A DNA stretch of 64,000 nt from Marispirochaeta sp. (GTDB taxonomy: Bacteria > Spirochaetota > Spirochaetia > JC444 > Marispirochaetaceae): assembly GCA_963676835.2 (NCBI GenBank), contig CAXXFF010000002.1, forward strand, positions 1,504,001 to 1,568,000, given 5' to 3'. A model generated the notes under the pieces. It did no database searches. It was not told the origin of the DNA and saw nothing but the letters and a program-made list of their open reading frames with translations. Shown piece by piece: positions 19,230 through 27,920 of the stretch; the stretch's first letter is position 1, and each line of letters opens with the position of its first letter. A program made the translations under genes and the position numbers.

Positions 19230-20441
19230 ATGATTAGAAATTTCATCACCACGTATAAAAGGCTGATACAGCAGACACGCTATCCTCATCATAGATACAT
19301 TTTCAGCGACTTTAATATTGATAATCGCCTGACCGGTTTAATAGGTCCCCGGGGGACAGGAAAAACAACCCTTCTTCTGCAGTACATTCAGGAAAAAATA
19401 CCTGACCTGGATGAATGTATTTATGCGTCAATTGATAATATCTATTTCTCTCAGAACAATCTGATTGATTTTGTGAATGTTCTGTATGAGGAGTACGGGA
19501 TCAGATACTTTTTTCTGGATGAAATCCATAAGTATCCCCGATGGAACCAGGAGTTGAAGAATCTCTATGATTCCTACCCGGATATAAAGATTGTATTTTC
19601 CGGCAGTTCGAGTATTGATCTGGTAAAAGGTACCTTCGATCTATCCAGAAGAGGTGTTATTTTCAGAATTGGGGGGATGTCCTTTCGTGAATATCTCTTA
19701 TTTAACAATATTGCTGACACCGGGACAATTTCTTACGAAATTCTGCTTCAGAACAGATCGGAGTTCGAAAACCTGATTGCCGGAATTCCCAAACTGAAAG
19801 GCTATTTCAAAACCTATCTTGGATTCGGATATTACCCCTTTGTGCTTGAAGGAACCGAATCGTACAGTCAAAAAATACAGAGAATAATAGCCAAAACCAT
19901 ATTTGAAGACATTTCCAACCACTACAAGCTGAAGACAGAGAACCTGTCAAGCTTTAAGCGGATACTTGCCTACATGGCAACCATCCCTCCGGGAGAACTC
20001 AACAGGAATAGTATTTCCAGGAATATCGGCCTTGATAACAGGACTGTACAGAATTATCTCGAAATCCTGCAGGAGACCGGCTTGATTACATTAGTTTCCA
20101 CCAACAGGGCGGGAAGTCAGATTTTGAAGCAGACAGAAAAGATCTATCTGGATAATCCCGACTTGTATGCATCTATTGCAAATGAAATAGGTTTTGAAAC
20201 TAAAACAGGCACCATTCGGGAAATATTTTTAATAAATATGGCTAAAAACGCCGGTCTCAATATTCACATGGGCAGGATTGGCGATTTTGAAATTGACGGA
20301 TCTTTGTTTGAGGTTGGCGGCAGAAAAAAGGATAGAAGGCAACTTAAAGAGAATTTGAATACTGGGTATATCGTGAAGGATGATGTTCTTTACGGATCAA
20401 GGAAAGAGATCCCATTGCATTTGTTTGGTTTTTTGTATTAG
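19230..20441 (+). CDS. AAA-family ATPase (AAA_14/DUF4143 type)
   Basis: Walker A GPRGTGKTT, Walker B FFLDEIH, FSGSS, LSRR, GYYPF, KIYLDNP, C-terminal DF..FEVGG. Confidence 0.85.
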   Translation: MIRNFITTYKRLIQQTRYPHHRYIFSDFNIDNRLTGLIGPRGTGKTTLLLQYIQEKIPDLDECIYASIDNIYFSQNNLIDFVNVLYEEYGIRYFFLDEIHKYPRWNQELKNLYDSYPDIKIVFSGSSSIDLVKGTFDLSRRGVIFRIGGMSFREYLLFNNIADTGTISYEILLQNRSEFENLIAGIPKLKGYFKTYLGFGYYPFVLEGTESYSQKIQRIIAKTIFEDISNHYKLKTENLSSFKRILAYMATIPPGELNRNSISRNIGLDNRTVQNYLEILQETGLITLVSTNRAGSQILKQTEKIYLDNPDLYASIANEIGFETKTGTIREIFLINMAKNAGLNIHMGRIGDFEIDGSLFEVGGRKKDRRQLKENLNTGYIVKDDVLYGSRKEIPLHLFGFLY

Positions 20442-20496
20442 TTGAGAAACTCCCTCATAAATACACTGTTCACCGGCTTAATTGAAATTTATTTTC

Positions 20497-20525
20497 TTGC
20501 AAAGTATGCATAATATGCATATAGT
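20497..20525 (+). promoter_or_regulatory. Sigma70-like promoter with tandem TATGCATA boxes
   Basis: TTGCAA (20497-20502), 17-bp spacer, TATAGT (20520-20525); TATGCATA at 20505 and 20514. Confidence 0.6.
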
Positions 20526-20532
20526 ATGAGCT

Positions 20533-20769
20533 GTGCCTATAATTCTGATAACAAAAAATTTGAAAATATGTATCTACCCTAAGGATCATGAACCTCCTCA
20601 TGTCCATGTTATTGGTCCTGATTGTGAGGCGAAGATCAATATCCATACCTTGGAGTGTTTTTCCAATTATGGATTCAGTGTGAAGGATATTAAGAGGATT
20701 TCTGCATTTGTTGAAGAAAATCTTGACCTTATTATAGAAGCGTGGGAGGAGTATCATGGAGAAGAATAA
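20533..20769 (+). CDS. DUF4160-like small protein (putative toxin)
   Basis: IYPKDHEPPHVHV motif and C-terminal ...WEEYHG. Confidence 0.75.
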   Translation: MPIILITKNLKICIYPKDHEPPHVHVIGPDCEAKINIHTLECFSNYGFSVKDIKRISAFVEENLDLIIEAWEEYHGEE

Positions 20770-21028
20770 GATTGATTTTTCTGAAACGGATAAATTATCT
20801 GATGATGAATTTGCCCCTGAGAATATTAAAGTACGTATAACCACATATATCGATAAGGACATTCTGGATAAGCTTCGGGAAGAAGCGGCTGAGTCGGGAA
20901 AAAAATATCAGTCTTTGCTGAATGAAAAACTGCGGGAGACAGTATTTGAAGAAAAATCGATAAAAGCTTCTATAAAAGATCTGAAGACACGGCTTGAGAT
21001 TGTTGAGAGTAAAATTGAGGCAAGTTGA
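20756..21028 (+). CDS. BrnA/CopG-like ribbon-helix-helix antitoxin
   Basis: KVRITTYIDKDILDKLRE...KKYQSLLNEKLR; overlaps the upstream gene. Confidence 0.7.
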   Translation: MEKNKIDFSETDKLSDDEFAPENIKVRITTYIDKDILDKLREEAAESGKKYQSLLNEKLRETVFEEKSIKASIKDLKTRLEIVESKIEAS

Positions 21029-21033
21029 TTTAT

Positions 21034-21060
21034 ACGTAACTATGTTGTAATTTGTTACGT
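21034..21060. promoter_or_regulatory. Palindromic operator of the downstream TA pair
   Basis: ACGTAAC-N13-GTTACGT inverted repeat just upstream of the RBS. Confidence 0.5.
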
Positions 21061-21070
21061 GGAGTCTATG

Positions 21071-21313
21071 ATGAATAAAAAACTCACCCTGAATGTAGAC
21101 GAGTCTCTTATCGATTTTGCAAAAAGCTATTCAAAGGCAAGCAATCAGTCCATATCGAGTATCTTTGAAAAGTATCTTATCCGCCTGAAAGAAGGAAAAG
21201 AGAACATTGAAGTTTCTGAAGATGCCCGGGAACTGTATGGAATAATAGGCAATGAAAAGCTGCCGGATAAGAAAAAGATGAGGGCAGGCTTTTATGAAAA
21301 AAGTACTGATTGA
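21071..21313 (+). CDS. RHH antitoxin (DUF6364-like)
   Basis: KKLTLNVDESLIDFAKSYS...SISSIFEKYL; GGAG RBS at 21061; start uncertain (21059/21068/21071). Confidence 0.72.
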   Translation: MNKKLTLNVDESLIDFAKSYSKASNQSISSIFEKYLIRLKEGKENIEVSEDARELYGIIGNEKLPDKKKMRAGFYEKSTD

Positions 21314-21710
21314 TTTGAATGTCATAATCGATTTTCTGAATAAAAGAAACGATCATGAAGCTGCCCTTGCAGTTTATGACAAGTGTGTAAAAAGGGAACT
21401 GAAGGGCTATGTCGGCTCCCATGAAATAACAACTTTAAGCTGCTTTCTGGAAAGAGAAAAATACGAGAGAAAAAAGAGGAATAGGATAATAAGTAACCTG
21501 CTGGACAACTTGAGTGTTCTTACGGCTCATGAGGAAATATTGCGCAAATCCCTCGTCTCTGAAATTAATGATTATGAGGATGCTGTAATTGACGCGTTAG
21601 CTTCACATGAAGGTGTAGATTATATTGTGACTGGAAATTTAAAAGATTTCAGGAAATCCGGGAACAGGGTATATACGGCCAGGGAAATTCTGGATGTAGT
21701 AAACAATTGA
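21294..21710 (+). CDS. PIN-domain toxin
   Basis: VLIDLNVIID, DYEDA, IVTGNLKDF. Confidence 0.85.
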   Translation: MKKVLIDLNVIIDFLNKRNDHEAALAVYDKCVKRELKGYVGSHEITTLSCFLEREKYERKKRNRIISNLLDNLSVLTAHEEILRKSLVSEINDYEDAVIDALASHEGVDYIVTGNLKDFRKSGNRVYTAREILDVVNN

Positions 21711-21826
21711 ATTAAGGTTGAATTTCTCATTGCTCTTTCTTTCAGCTTGATGGCACAAAGTCAGGCATGGTAGATTGCGTTTAACCATGTAGACATGTGT
21801 TTGAATTATTATAAAGAGTAGGTAGT

Positions 21827-22654
21827 ATGAAAAAAAGAGTTACCAGCGTTATGTTTTTCCTTTTTGCTTCTGTCAGTTTTTTCGGATATGACCTTCCCGA
21901 GCTGATTAACACTTTCTACGCTAACCCGGAAATGGAGTGGCGATTCTTCACTAGTGGAATTTTACGAGCTGATGTTTATGATGCGAAAAGCCATGATATT
22001 GTCAGGACAAATTTAGATTACTTAATAGAGATGAAAAGCAGGGTTCCGTTTCTGCATATAGAGAGTCTGGAGTATCCACTGTATTGCGGCGAGACTGTTC
22101 TTGCTCTGCCGGTACACGGGCATAACATCCTCTTTCTGCTTTATGTAGATAAATATGGAAATGTTAAGAGTGACTCTTTCAAGGGCCGGGCTGTGTATGA
22201 TTTTTCAATTGAAGAGGATACCCTCTCGGTAAGTTCCGAATACCGTGATGATTCCGATTCGTTTCCGTCGGGTAATTTATTATCAACCGATGATTTCAAG
22301 CCCTGGGTAGAAGGCGTTCCGGGGGACGGCATCGGGGAAGAAATTGTTGTGCAAGATAAAGATGCTGCTTCCCCCCGGTACACCGGATTTATTATTTCCA
22401 ACGGCTTTGTCTCGTATGAAAAGCCCCACCTGTTTTTATATAACAACCGGGTAAAGAAAATCCTCATCTCTGATCTCGACGGCAGCAGAGTGTTTGAAGT
22501 GGATCTGCCGGATTCACCGGTTCCCCAGTTTATACAATTTAAAGAAAAGTATACCGGAATAAAATTGAGAATACTCGAAGTCTATAAAGGTGAAAAATGG
22601 GATGATACCTGTATAAACTTTATTCTTCCGGAAAAAAGCACCTTTGGATGGTGA
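21827..22654 (+). CDS. Exported protein with C-terminal discoidin/glycan-binding-like domain
   Basis: Signal peptide; PWVEGVPGDGIGE, ISNGF, NNRVKKI, ILEVYKGEKWDDTCI. Confidence 0.65.
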   Translation: MKKRVTSVMFFLFASVSFFGYDLPELINTFYANPEMEWRFFTSGILRADVYDAKSHDIVRTNLDYLIEMKSRVPFLHIESLEYPLYCGETVLALPVHGHNILFLLYVDKYGNVKSDSFKGRAVYDFSIEEDTLSVSSEYRDDSDSFPSGNLLSTDDFKPWVEGVPGDGIGEEIVVQDKDAASPRYTGFIISNGFVSYEKPHLFLYNNRVKKILISDLDGSRVFEVDLPDSPVPQFIQFKEKYTGIKLRILEVYKGEKWDDTCINFILPEKSTFGW

Positions 22655-22667
22655 TGGAATCTAATGC

Positions 22668-23105
22668 ATGATTGAATACACACTTATAACCTTGTTTTTC
22701 ATCCTGTGGTTCGGAGTTTTTTTCCTCCTTATCTACTCAATGTTCTACCACCGCTACCTGTACCGGAAGTATCTGCAGAACAGCAATATTGCGTATATCA
22801 ATTCTCCCGAGAAGGATATAGAGGCAGTCTTTAAAACCCGCATCTACATACATGGCGGTATTTATGCCAAGCGTATTCAGCTGAATGTCGGTGAAGGGTG
22901 TATCGAAATCAGGCATAAACTGAGTAACCTGTATCTGGTGATTAATAACACCGATATGTTATCCGTGGAGTTTATAAAAGGCTTTTTTCCTGTTAATGGC
23001 CATCATGTGTATATCCGCTTTATGCAGAATGGAGATGAAAAGGCCCTGCTGTTTTCTTCAGTTAAAGCACGGAAAGTGTATGATTTAATTCTGTCGACTA
23101 ATTAA
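22668..23105 (+). CDS. Hypothetical membrane-anchored protein
   Basis: N-terminal hydrophobic helix; a homologous decayed 3' copy at about 24410-24598 supports coding status. Confidence 0.6.
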   Translation: MIEYTLITLFFILWFGVFFLLIYSMFYHRYLYRKYLQNSNIAYINSPEKDIEAVFKTRIYIHGGIYAKRIQLNVGEGCIEIRHKLSNLYLVINNTDMLSVEFIKGFFPVNGHHVYIRFMQNGDEKALLFSSVKARKVYDLILSTN

Positions 23106-24346
23106 TGCCGGAACCAGGGTACTCCCAGCTTAAAATAATAGCGAACTACCATTGACGGAAGTTCATCGCTGAAACGGATGCCCATGTCTACACCGGCATG
23201 CATGGTAAGCCCAAAGGGAAATTTAAAAGGACTGTGGGTGTCATTTCCACGCTGCATTTCTTCCCGGGCATTCGGGCTGTAGGGGCGCCTGTCGATACCG
23301 AGAATATAGGTGTCCAGCTGCAAGATTATTTCATGATAGGGATCCATATTTTCCAGGCTGACATAAGGGTCGTATTGTCCGTACTCATAGCCAAGAATTA
23401 GTCGGAAGGATCCGTTTTGGTAAAAATCTTCCCGATTGGCAGATACTATATTAGCAGATAGCCAGTCTTCCATGAATTCCTTATCCCGAGCGCTTACATC
23501 ATACATGTGGTTCATAAAATAGAACCAATCGGTTCCAACACTGAAACTGATTAATCGGGAGTTGTTAATTTCCCATTTAGGTGTGGCAAATATCATGAAG
23601 GGGCCTTTTGTTATGCGTAATGTAGGTGACACAAAGGACAGGTTATCTTCAGGAAATACATCATAGGAGAAAGAGTTCAACAAAGGAAATCCCAGATAAG
23701 AAAAACTTGAATAAGCCGGAATATTTCTGTTTTCCATGGTGAGAATATTGAACGTTCGGATTCGGCTCAGCTTGAAAACCTGAGTTTCTCCAAGGTAAAA
23801 GGATTTATCTCCGAATAATTTCGAAAGATCAAGAACATTTGCCTCATAGCTGGTGTAATCAATGTCATCAACTTGCGTTTGCATGGCTCCAAATTCCAGG
23901 GCATCCAGAAGAACAAGGGAACCATTTAAAGAGTAACTGTCTTCGTTAGTCAGAACCAGCTGGGGGTATGCTGCACGGAAGGCACTTTTCACAGCATCTT
24001 CATCCTCATCATAGCCGGTAAAGAAATCTTCATATCGAAGCAAGGCTTGTCTGTATTCAGCTGATAGAGAAACCGGTCCGATGCCAACCCTGTTCATCCT
24101 GTAATGCATATCCACATCCCAGGAGTAGCGGTCATATTCAATATAATATCTGTTACTGAAATCCGGGCCGACCATTAAAAATGACTGGGTTTCCAGATCG
24201 ACCATCATATTTGAGAGTTTTCCACCCTCGGTAAGGTTAAATAAGCTGAAATAGTCTACGGCTTTTTCGCTGAGAGAGATCTGGGAGAAAACGAGGGTAT
24301 TTGACAAGCACAGAAGGAACAGAAGAAAAAGGCCTCTTTTTTTCAT
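23102..24346 (-). CDS. Hypothetical exported protein, possibly outer-membrane
   Basis: 414 aa, signal peptide MKKRGLFLLFLL..., AGGAG RBS, aromatic-rich C-terminus YYFKLGVPWF. Confidence 0.7.
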   Translation of the reverse strand: MKKRGLFLLFLLCLSNTLVFSQISLSEKAVDYFSLFNLTEGGKLSNMMVDLETQSFLMVGPDFSNRYYIEYDRYSWDVDMHYRMNRVGIGPVSLSAEYRQALLRYEDFFTGYDEDEDAVKSAFRAAYPQLVLTNEDSYSLNGSLVLLDALEFGAMQTQVDDIDYTSYEANVLDLSKLFGDKSFYLGETQVFKLSRIRTFNILTMENRNIPAYSSFSYLGFPLLNSFSYDVFPEDNLSFVSPTLRITKGPFMIFATPKWEINNSRLISFSVGTDWFYFMNHMYDVSARDKEFMEDWLSANIVSANREDFYQNGSFRLILGYEYGQYDPYVSLENMDPYHEIILQLDTYILGIDRRPYSPNAREEMQRGNDTHSPFKFPFGLTMHAGVDMGIRFSDELPSMVVRYYFKLGVPWFRH

Positions 24347-24409
24347 ATTAAACTCCTGTTTGTACTAATGGTAGAATGGTCTATATCTGCTGTCAATGAA
24401 AAAACCGCT

Positions 24410-24598
24410 ATGGGCAATTTTTGTCTGGTACTTATAATTAGTATAGACATACTTTGCCAGGGGATTTGTACTAAGATTTTTCCCTGTGAAGGATTGCACA
24501 GTTTTTATCCGGTTTATGCAGAACGGAACCGAAAAAGCCCTGCTGTTCTCTTCTGTTAAAGCACGGAAGGTGTATGAACTTTTTTCGTGAACAACTGA
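24410..24598 (+). pseudogene. Decayed copy of the 3' part of gene 22668..23105
   Basis: FFPVKDCTVFIRFMQNGTEKALLFSSVKARKVYELFS* versus FFPVNGHHVYIRFMQNGDEKALLFSSVKARKVYDLILSTN*; the upstream portion aligns in another frame. Confidence 0.8.
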
Positions 24599-24634
24599 TC
24601 CTGTGTCAACAGAACTCGGGATATAATGTAGAGC

Positions 24635-24886
24635 ATGGAAATACTTCCCGGTACAGTACATGACCTCCCGGATGATATCAGAAGCCTGCTAACTGAAGAT
24701 ACTGATCTTCTGGAAAAATGGAACAGCCTGACTCCTCTTGCACGTAATGAATGGATCTGCTGGGTTATAAGCGTAAAGAAACAGGAAACCAGGGAAAAGC
24801 ATCTCCTCAGATTGCAGGAAGATCTCCTTGGAGGAAAGATAAGACCATGCTGCTGGCCCGGGTGTTCTCACCGCTTAAGCTTGTAA
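24635..24886 (+). CDS. YdeI/OmpD-associated family small protein
   Basis: GTVHDLP, WNSLTPLARNEWICWV, RPCCWPGC. Confidence 0.85.
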   Translation: MEILPGTVHDLPDDIRSLLTEDTDLLEKWNSLTPLARNEWICWVISVKKQETREKHLLRLQEDLLGGKIRPCCWPGCSHRLSL

Positions 24887-25374
24887 TCAGAAATAACTTT
24901 TCCCAGAAAAGGGCCTTTCCCCTGAAGAAAATCAAGTACCCGGATAATATTCTTTTCTCTGCTCTCTTCGGTTTTTAACCTGTCTATGTAGCCTGATATC
25001 TCCTTTCTTGCAGACGGATTCATCCTGTAAAAGATTCTTTCTGCTTCCGGATTATTATGAAGGCTCTTCGTCAGAAATGCATTTGTCGGAATGGTCCTGT
25101 CCCGGGGATCAAACCCTACAGATACCGTAATTTGCTCTTCAACCCTCTTTGGGGAATCCTTGAGCATTTTGGTATTGATGTAGAGCCGCCATTCACCTTT
25201 GTACTTTATAAGGGTCTGCAAAAATGGGGTTCCATTGATCATGCCCGAGACGGGTATAGGGCTTTTTTCACATGCTGCTTCCGAGAAAATCCGGGCAAGT
25301 ATTTCATCCGGTATGAATACAAAAGGGTTGATGCCGATTTTATTCAGTTTTGCTGTAAAGATTTTCTGATGCAT
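24868..25374 (-). CDS. DUF1905 + YdeI/OmpD-associated domain protein
   Basis: IGINPFVFIP, PIPVSG.ING, WRLYIN..ML, YI..LKTEESR. Confidence 0.8.
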   Translation of the reverse strand: MHQKIFTAKLNKIGINPFVFIPDEILARIFSEAACEKSPIPVSGMINGTPFLQTLIKYKGEWRLYINTKMLKDSPKRVEEQITVSVGFDPRDRTIPTNAFLTKSLHNNPEAERIFYRMNPSARKEISGYIDRLKTEESREKNIIRVLDFLQGKGPFLGKVISDYKLKR

Positions 25375-25439
25375 ACTGCCCCCTTATGCATGTAACGGCA
25401 CTCCGCTACCGGAGTGCTGTTACTTTTCTGTAAACACAC

Positions 25440-26564
25440 TCAATGTTTATGCTCAATTATACCTGCAAATTTATGGATATCATTAACATACACTTCCGGA
25501 ACTGTAACGGCGGCAAAATGGCCGCCTGTGTCGTATTCGTTCCATGATACAATATTTTTATGATCCCTTTCTGCAAAGGATCGGATTGACTGAAAGTCTC
25601 CCTTAAAACCTGCAAAGCCGAGGGGTACGGTACTGGCGGTTGTTGAAAGGTTCGGGCTGTGGGAATCTTCAAAATATAGCCTGGCGGCTGACGCAGCTGT
25701 ATTGGTAAGCCAGTAGATCATGACGTTGGTAAGGATAAACTCTTTTTCCAGCTCCTCTCCAAAAAGTTGTAGATTCCAGGCGAGCTGTCCCACCGGAGAG
25801 TCCGCAAGGGCATGGGCAAGGGTTTGAGGTTGTGTTGACTGGAGCATGCTGAAAGCGCCCATGTTATTCTGCCACCACTGCAGGTATTCCAGTCGGGAAA
25901 ACTCATCTGGTGTCAGTCCTGCCATCTCTTCTGGATCGCCACTTGGAAATGAGAATATCTGGGTAACATGGATACCCGCTGCATGCTCAGGATCAACCTG
26001 ACCCAGTTCAGGTGAAACAAAGGATCCTACATCGTTACCTGCAGCAATATAGCGGGAATACCCCAGACGCGCCATGAGTGCGGCCCATGCCTTTGCTATC
26101 CGCACTCTGTCCCAGCCGCGTTCTTTGGTAGGGCCTGAAAACCCGAATCCCGGCAGGGAAGGAATAATCACATCAAAAGGCAGTGCATCTGAATTCCCGA
26201 ATCGTTCAGGATGTACCAGTCTGTCGATTACCGGCAGAAACTCAATAAAAGACCCCGGCCAGCCATGGGTAAAGATAATGGGTGTAGAATTACTTTTTCC
26301 GCACTTTGCATGCAAAAAATGAATATTCTGCCCGTCTATGGTGGTGGAAAACTGGGGATAAGAATTGAGCTTTTCCTGATTGCTGAACCAGTCGTACGTG
26401 TTCAGCCAGTACTCTGTAAGTTCCTTTACCCGGGATAGTTCAACGCCATACTCGTTTTTCACTCCAGGCAGTTCGTTGGTGAAACGGGTTCTGGAAAGTC
26501 GTTCTTTCAGGTAATTAATCTCATTCTCCGGAATATTGATGGTAAATGGTTTAACGGTGTTCAT
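25440..26564 (-). CDS. Epoxide hydrolase (EHN + alpha/beta hydrolase)
   Basis: PFTINIP, HGWPGSF, PSLPGFGFS, GNDVGS nucleophile elbow, GGHFAA; start placed at ATG 26564. Confidence 0.88.
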   Translation of the reverse strand: MNTVKPFTINIPENEINYLKERLSRTRFTNELPGVKNEYGVELSRVKELTEYWLNTYDWFSNQEKLNSYPQFSTTIDGQNIHFLHAKCGKSNSTPIIFTHGWPGSFIEFLPVIDRLVHPERFGNSDALPFDVIIPSLPGFGFSGPTKERGWDRVRIAKAWAALMARLGYSRYIAAGNDVGSFVSPELGQVDPEHAAGIHVTQIFSFPSGDPEEMAGLTPDEFSRLEYLQWWQNNMGAFSMLQSTQPQTLAHALADSPVGQLAWNLQLFGEELEKEFILTNVMIYWLTNTAASAARLYFEDSHSPNLSTTASTVPLGFAGFKGDFQSIRSFAERDHKNIVSWNEYDTGGHFAAVTVPEVYVNDIHKFAGIIEHKH

Positions 26565-26621
26565 CCTGCTTCTCCTTGTGCTTCCGGTTGTTCTTGACAA
26601 CCTGTTAAGAGAAAGATAAGG

Positions 26622-26652
26622 TTTAAATAGGACATAATTAGACCTATTTAAA
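26622..26652. promoter_or_regulatory. Palindromic operator between the epoxide hydrolase and the WYL regulator
   Basis: TTTAAATAGG-N11-CCTATTTAAA perfect 10-bp arms in the divergent intergenic region. Confidence 0.65.
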
Positions 26653-26677
26653 TTTTTTTGGGAAATAGAAGGTTTTA

Positions 26678-27631
26678 ATGTATCACCCCACCGGCAGAGT
26701 TCTGGCAGTTCTTGAACTCCTGCAAATTCATCCTGGTATTAGTGCTTCCGACCTTGCGGAACGTCTGGAGGTGGATACAAGAACTATTCGCAGGTACATT
26801 GTGAAGCTTGAGGATTGCGGCATCCCCGTTGAAACAATCCATGGCCGACATGGCGGCTATAAACTGCAGCCGGGCTATAAACTGCCGCCTCTGAACTTCA
26901 CCGGGGAAGAGGCGGCGGCTATTATGCTGGGGCTTGCAGGATTTTCCATCCTGCAGCAGGGGCAGTCAACTGAGGCTGCCGATAGCGCCCTGGCAAAAAT
27001 AGGCAGGGTTCTTCCTCTGGAAATCCGGGAAAAATTAAATGCAGTTTCATCCATGGCAGTTATCGGCCCGTCAATACGGGATCAGGCACCGCCGCTGAAG
27101 CAGTTTATTCTTTTATCAACTGCCATAAGTGAACGGCAGGTAGTGGAAATTGAGTATTCCAGTGCTAAAAATTCAGCAGAAAAACGACAGATTGAGCCTC
27201 TGTATCTTGGCGGCAAGGATGGACTCTGGTATATCCTTGCTTTCTGCCGCCTGCGCAACGATTACAGGATTTTCCGCCTGGACAGGGTCAGTAAATTGCG
27301 TGAGACAAGCCTTGTATATAGACCCCATGGTTCATTAAATCCAGCGGAGTATTTCAGGAAACATATTACCGCCTATCCGGGGGAGTGGACCCTTGAAATT
27401 GAGTTTGCCATTGAATATGACTACCTTAAAAAGCGGATTCCTGAGCGCTACGGAAAGCTGGAAAAGATTACCGATCAAAAAACACTTTTCAGGGGACCGG
27501 CTTCCGACCTGGCTGCTGCGGGTAAGTATATAATTTCCTTGAATATACCCTTTCGTGTCCTGGCGCCGGTGGAGTTAAAAAGGGAGTTAAAGAAGATCGC
27601 GAAAGAAGTGTCAGAAATTGCGGAGCTGTAG
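26678..27631 (+). CDS. HTH-WYL (YafY-family) transcriptional regulator
   Basis: LAERLEVDTRTIRRYI, GRHGGY.L, WYI.AFCRLR.DYRIFRLDR. Confidence 0.9.
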   Translation: MYHPTGRVLAVLELLQIHPGISASDLAERLEVDTRTIRRYIVKLEDCGIPVETIHGRHGGYKLQPGYKLPPLNFTGEEAAAIMLGLAGFSILQQGQSTEAADSALAKIGRVLPLEIREKLNAVSSMAVIGPSIRDQAPPLKQFILLSTAISERQVVEIEYSSAKNSAEKRQIEPLYLGGKDGLWYILAFCRLRNDYRIFRLDRVSKLRETSLVYRPHGSLNPAEYFRKHITAYPGEWTLEIEFAIEYDYLKKRIPERYGKLEKITDQKTLFRGPASDLAAAGKYIISLNIPFRVLAPVELKRELKKIAKEVSEIAEL

Positions 27632-27734
27632 GAAACAGGAAACCATGGAAAAGCATCTCCTCAGATTGCAGGAAGACATTCTTGGAGGAAAAAGGCGACC
27701 ATGCTGCTGGCCAGGGTGTTCACATAGAAAATAA
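27632..27734 (+). pseudogene. Orphan 3' fragment of a YdeI-family gene (diverged duplicate of 24778-24875)
   Basis: KQETMEKHLLRLQEDILGGKRRPCCWPGCSHRK* with strong nucleotide similarity to the 3' end of 24635..24886. Confidence 0.85.
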
Positions 27735-27920
27735 TTGCAGATAGTGCCATCTCGGGCTCCACATCCATGTTCCGGTGATAGTTTATCCTATTCACATAAG
27801 TACAGTGTATTTGAAATCTCGTTCATCATTTAAGATAATTATCGTAGATGAAGCACCCGTCTCTGTAAGGCGGCGGGCTCTGAATAATCCGGGAGTGGTT
27901 GAGAGAACAGCGGGCTTACA

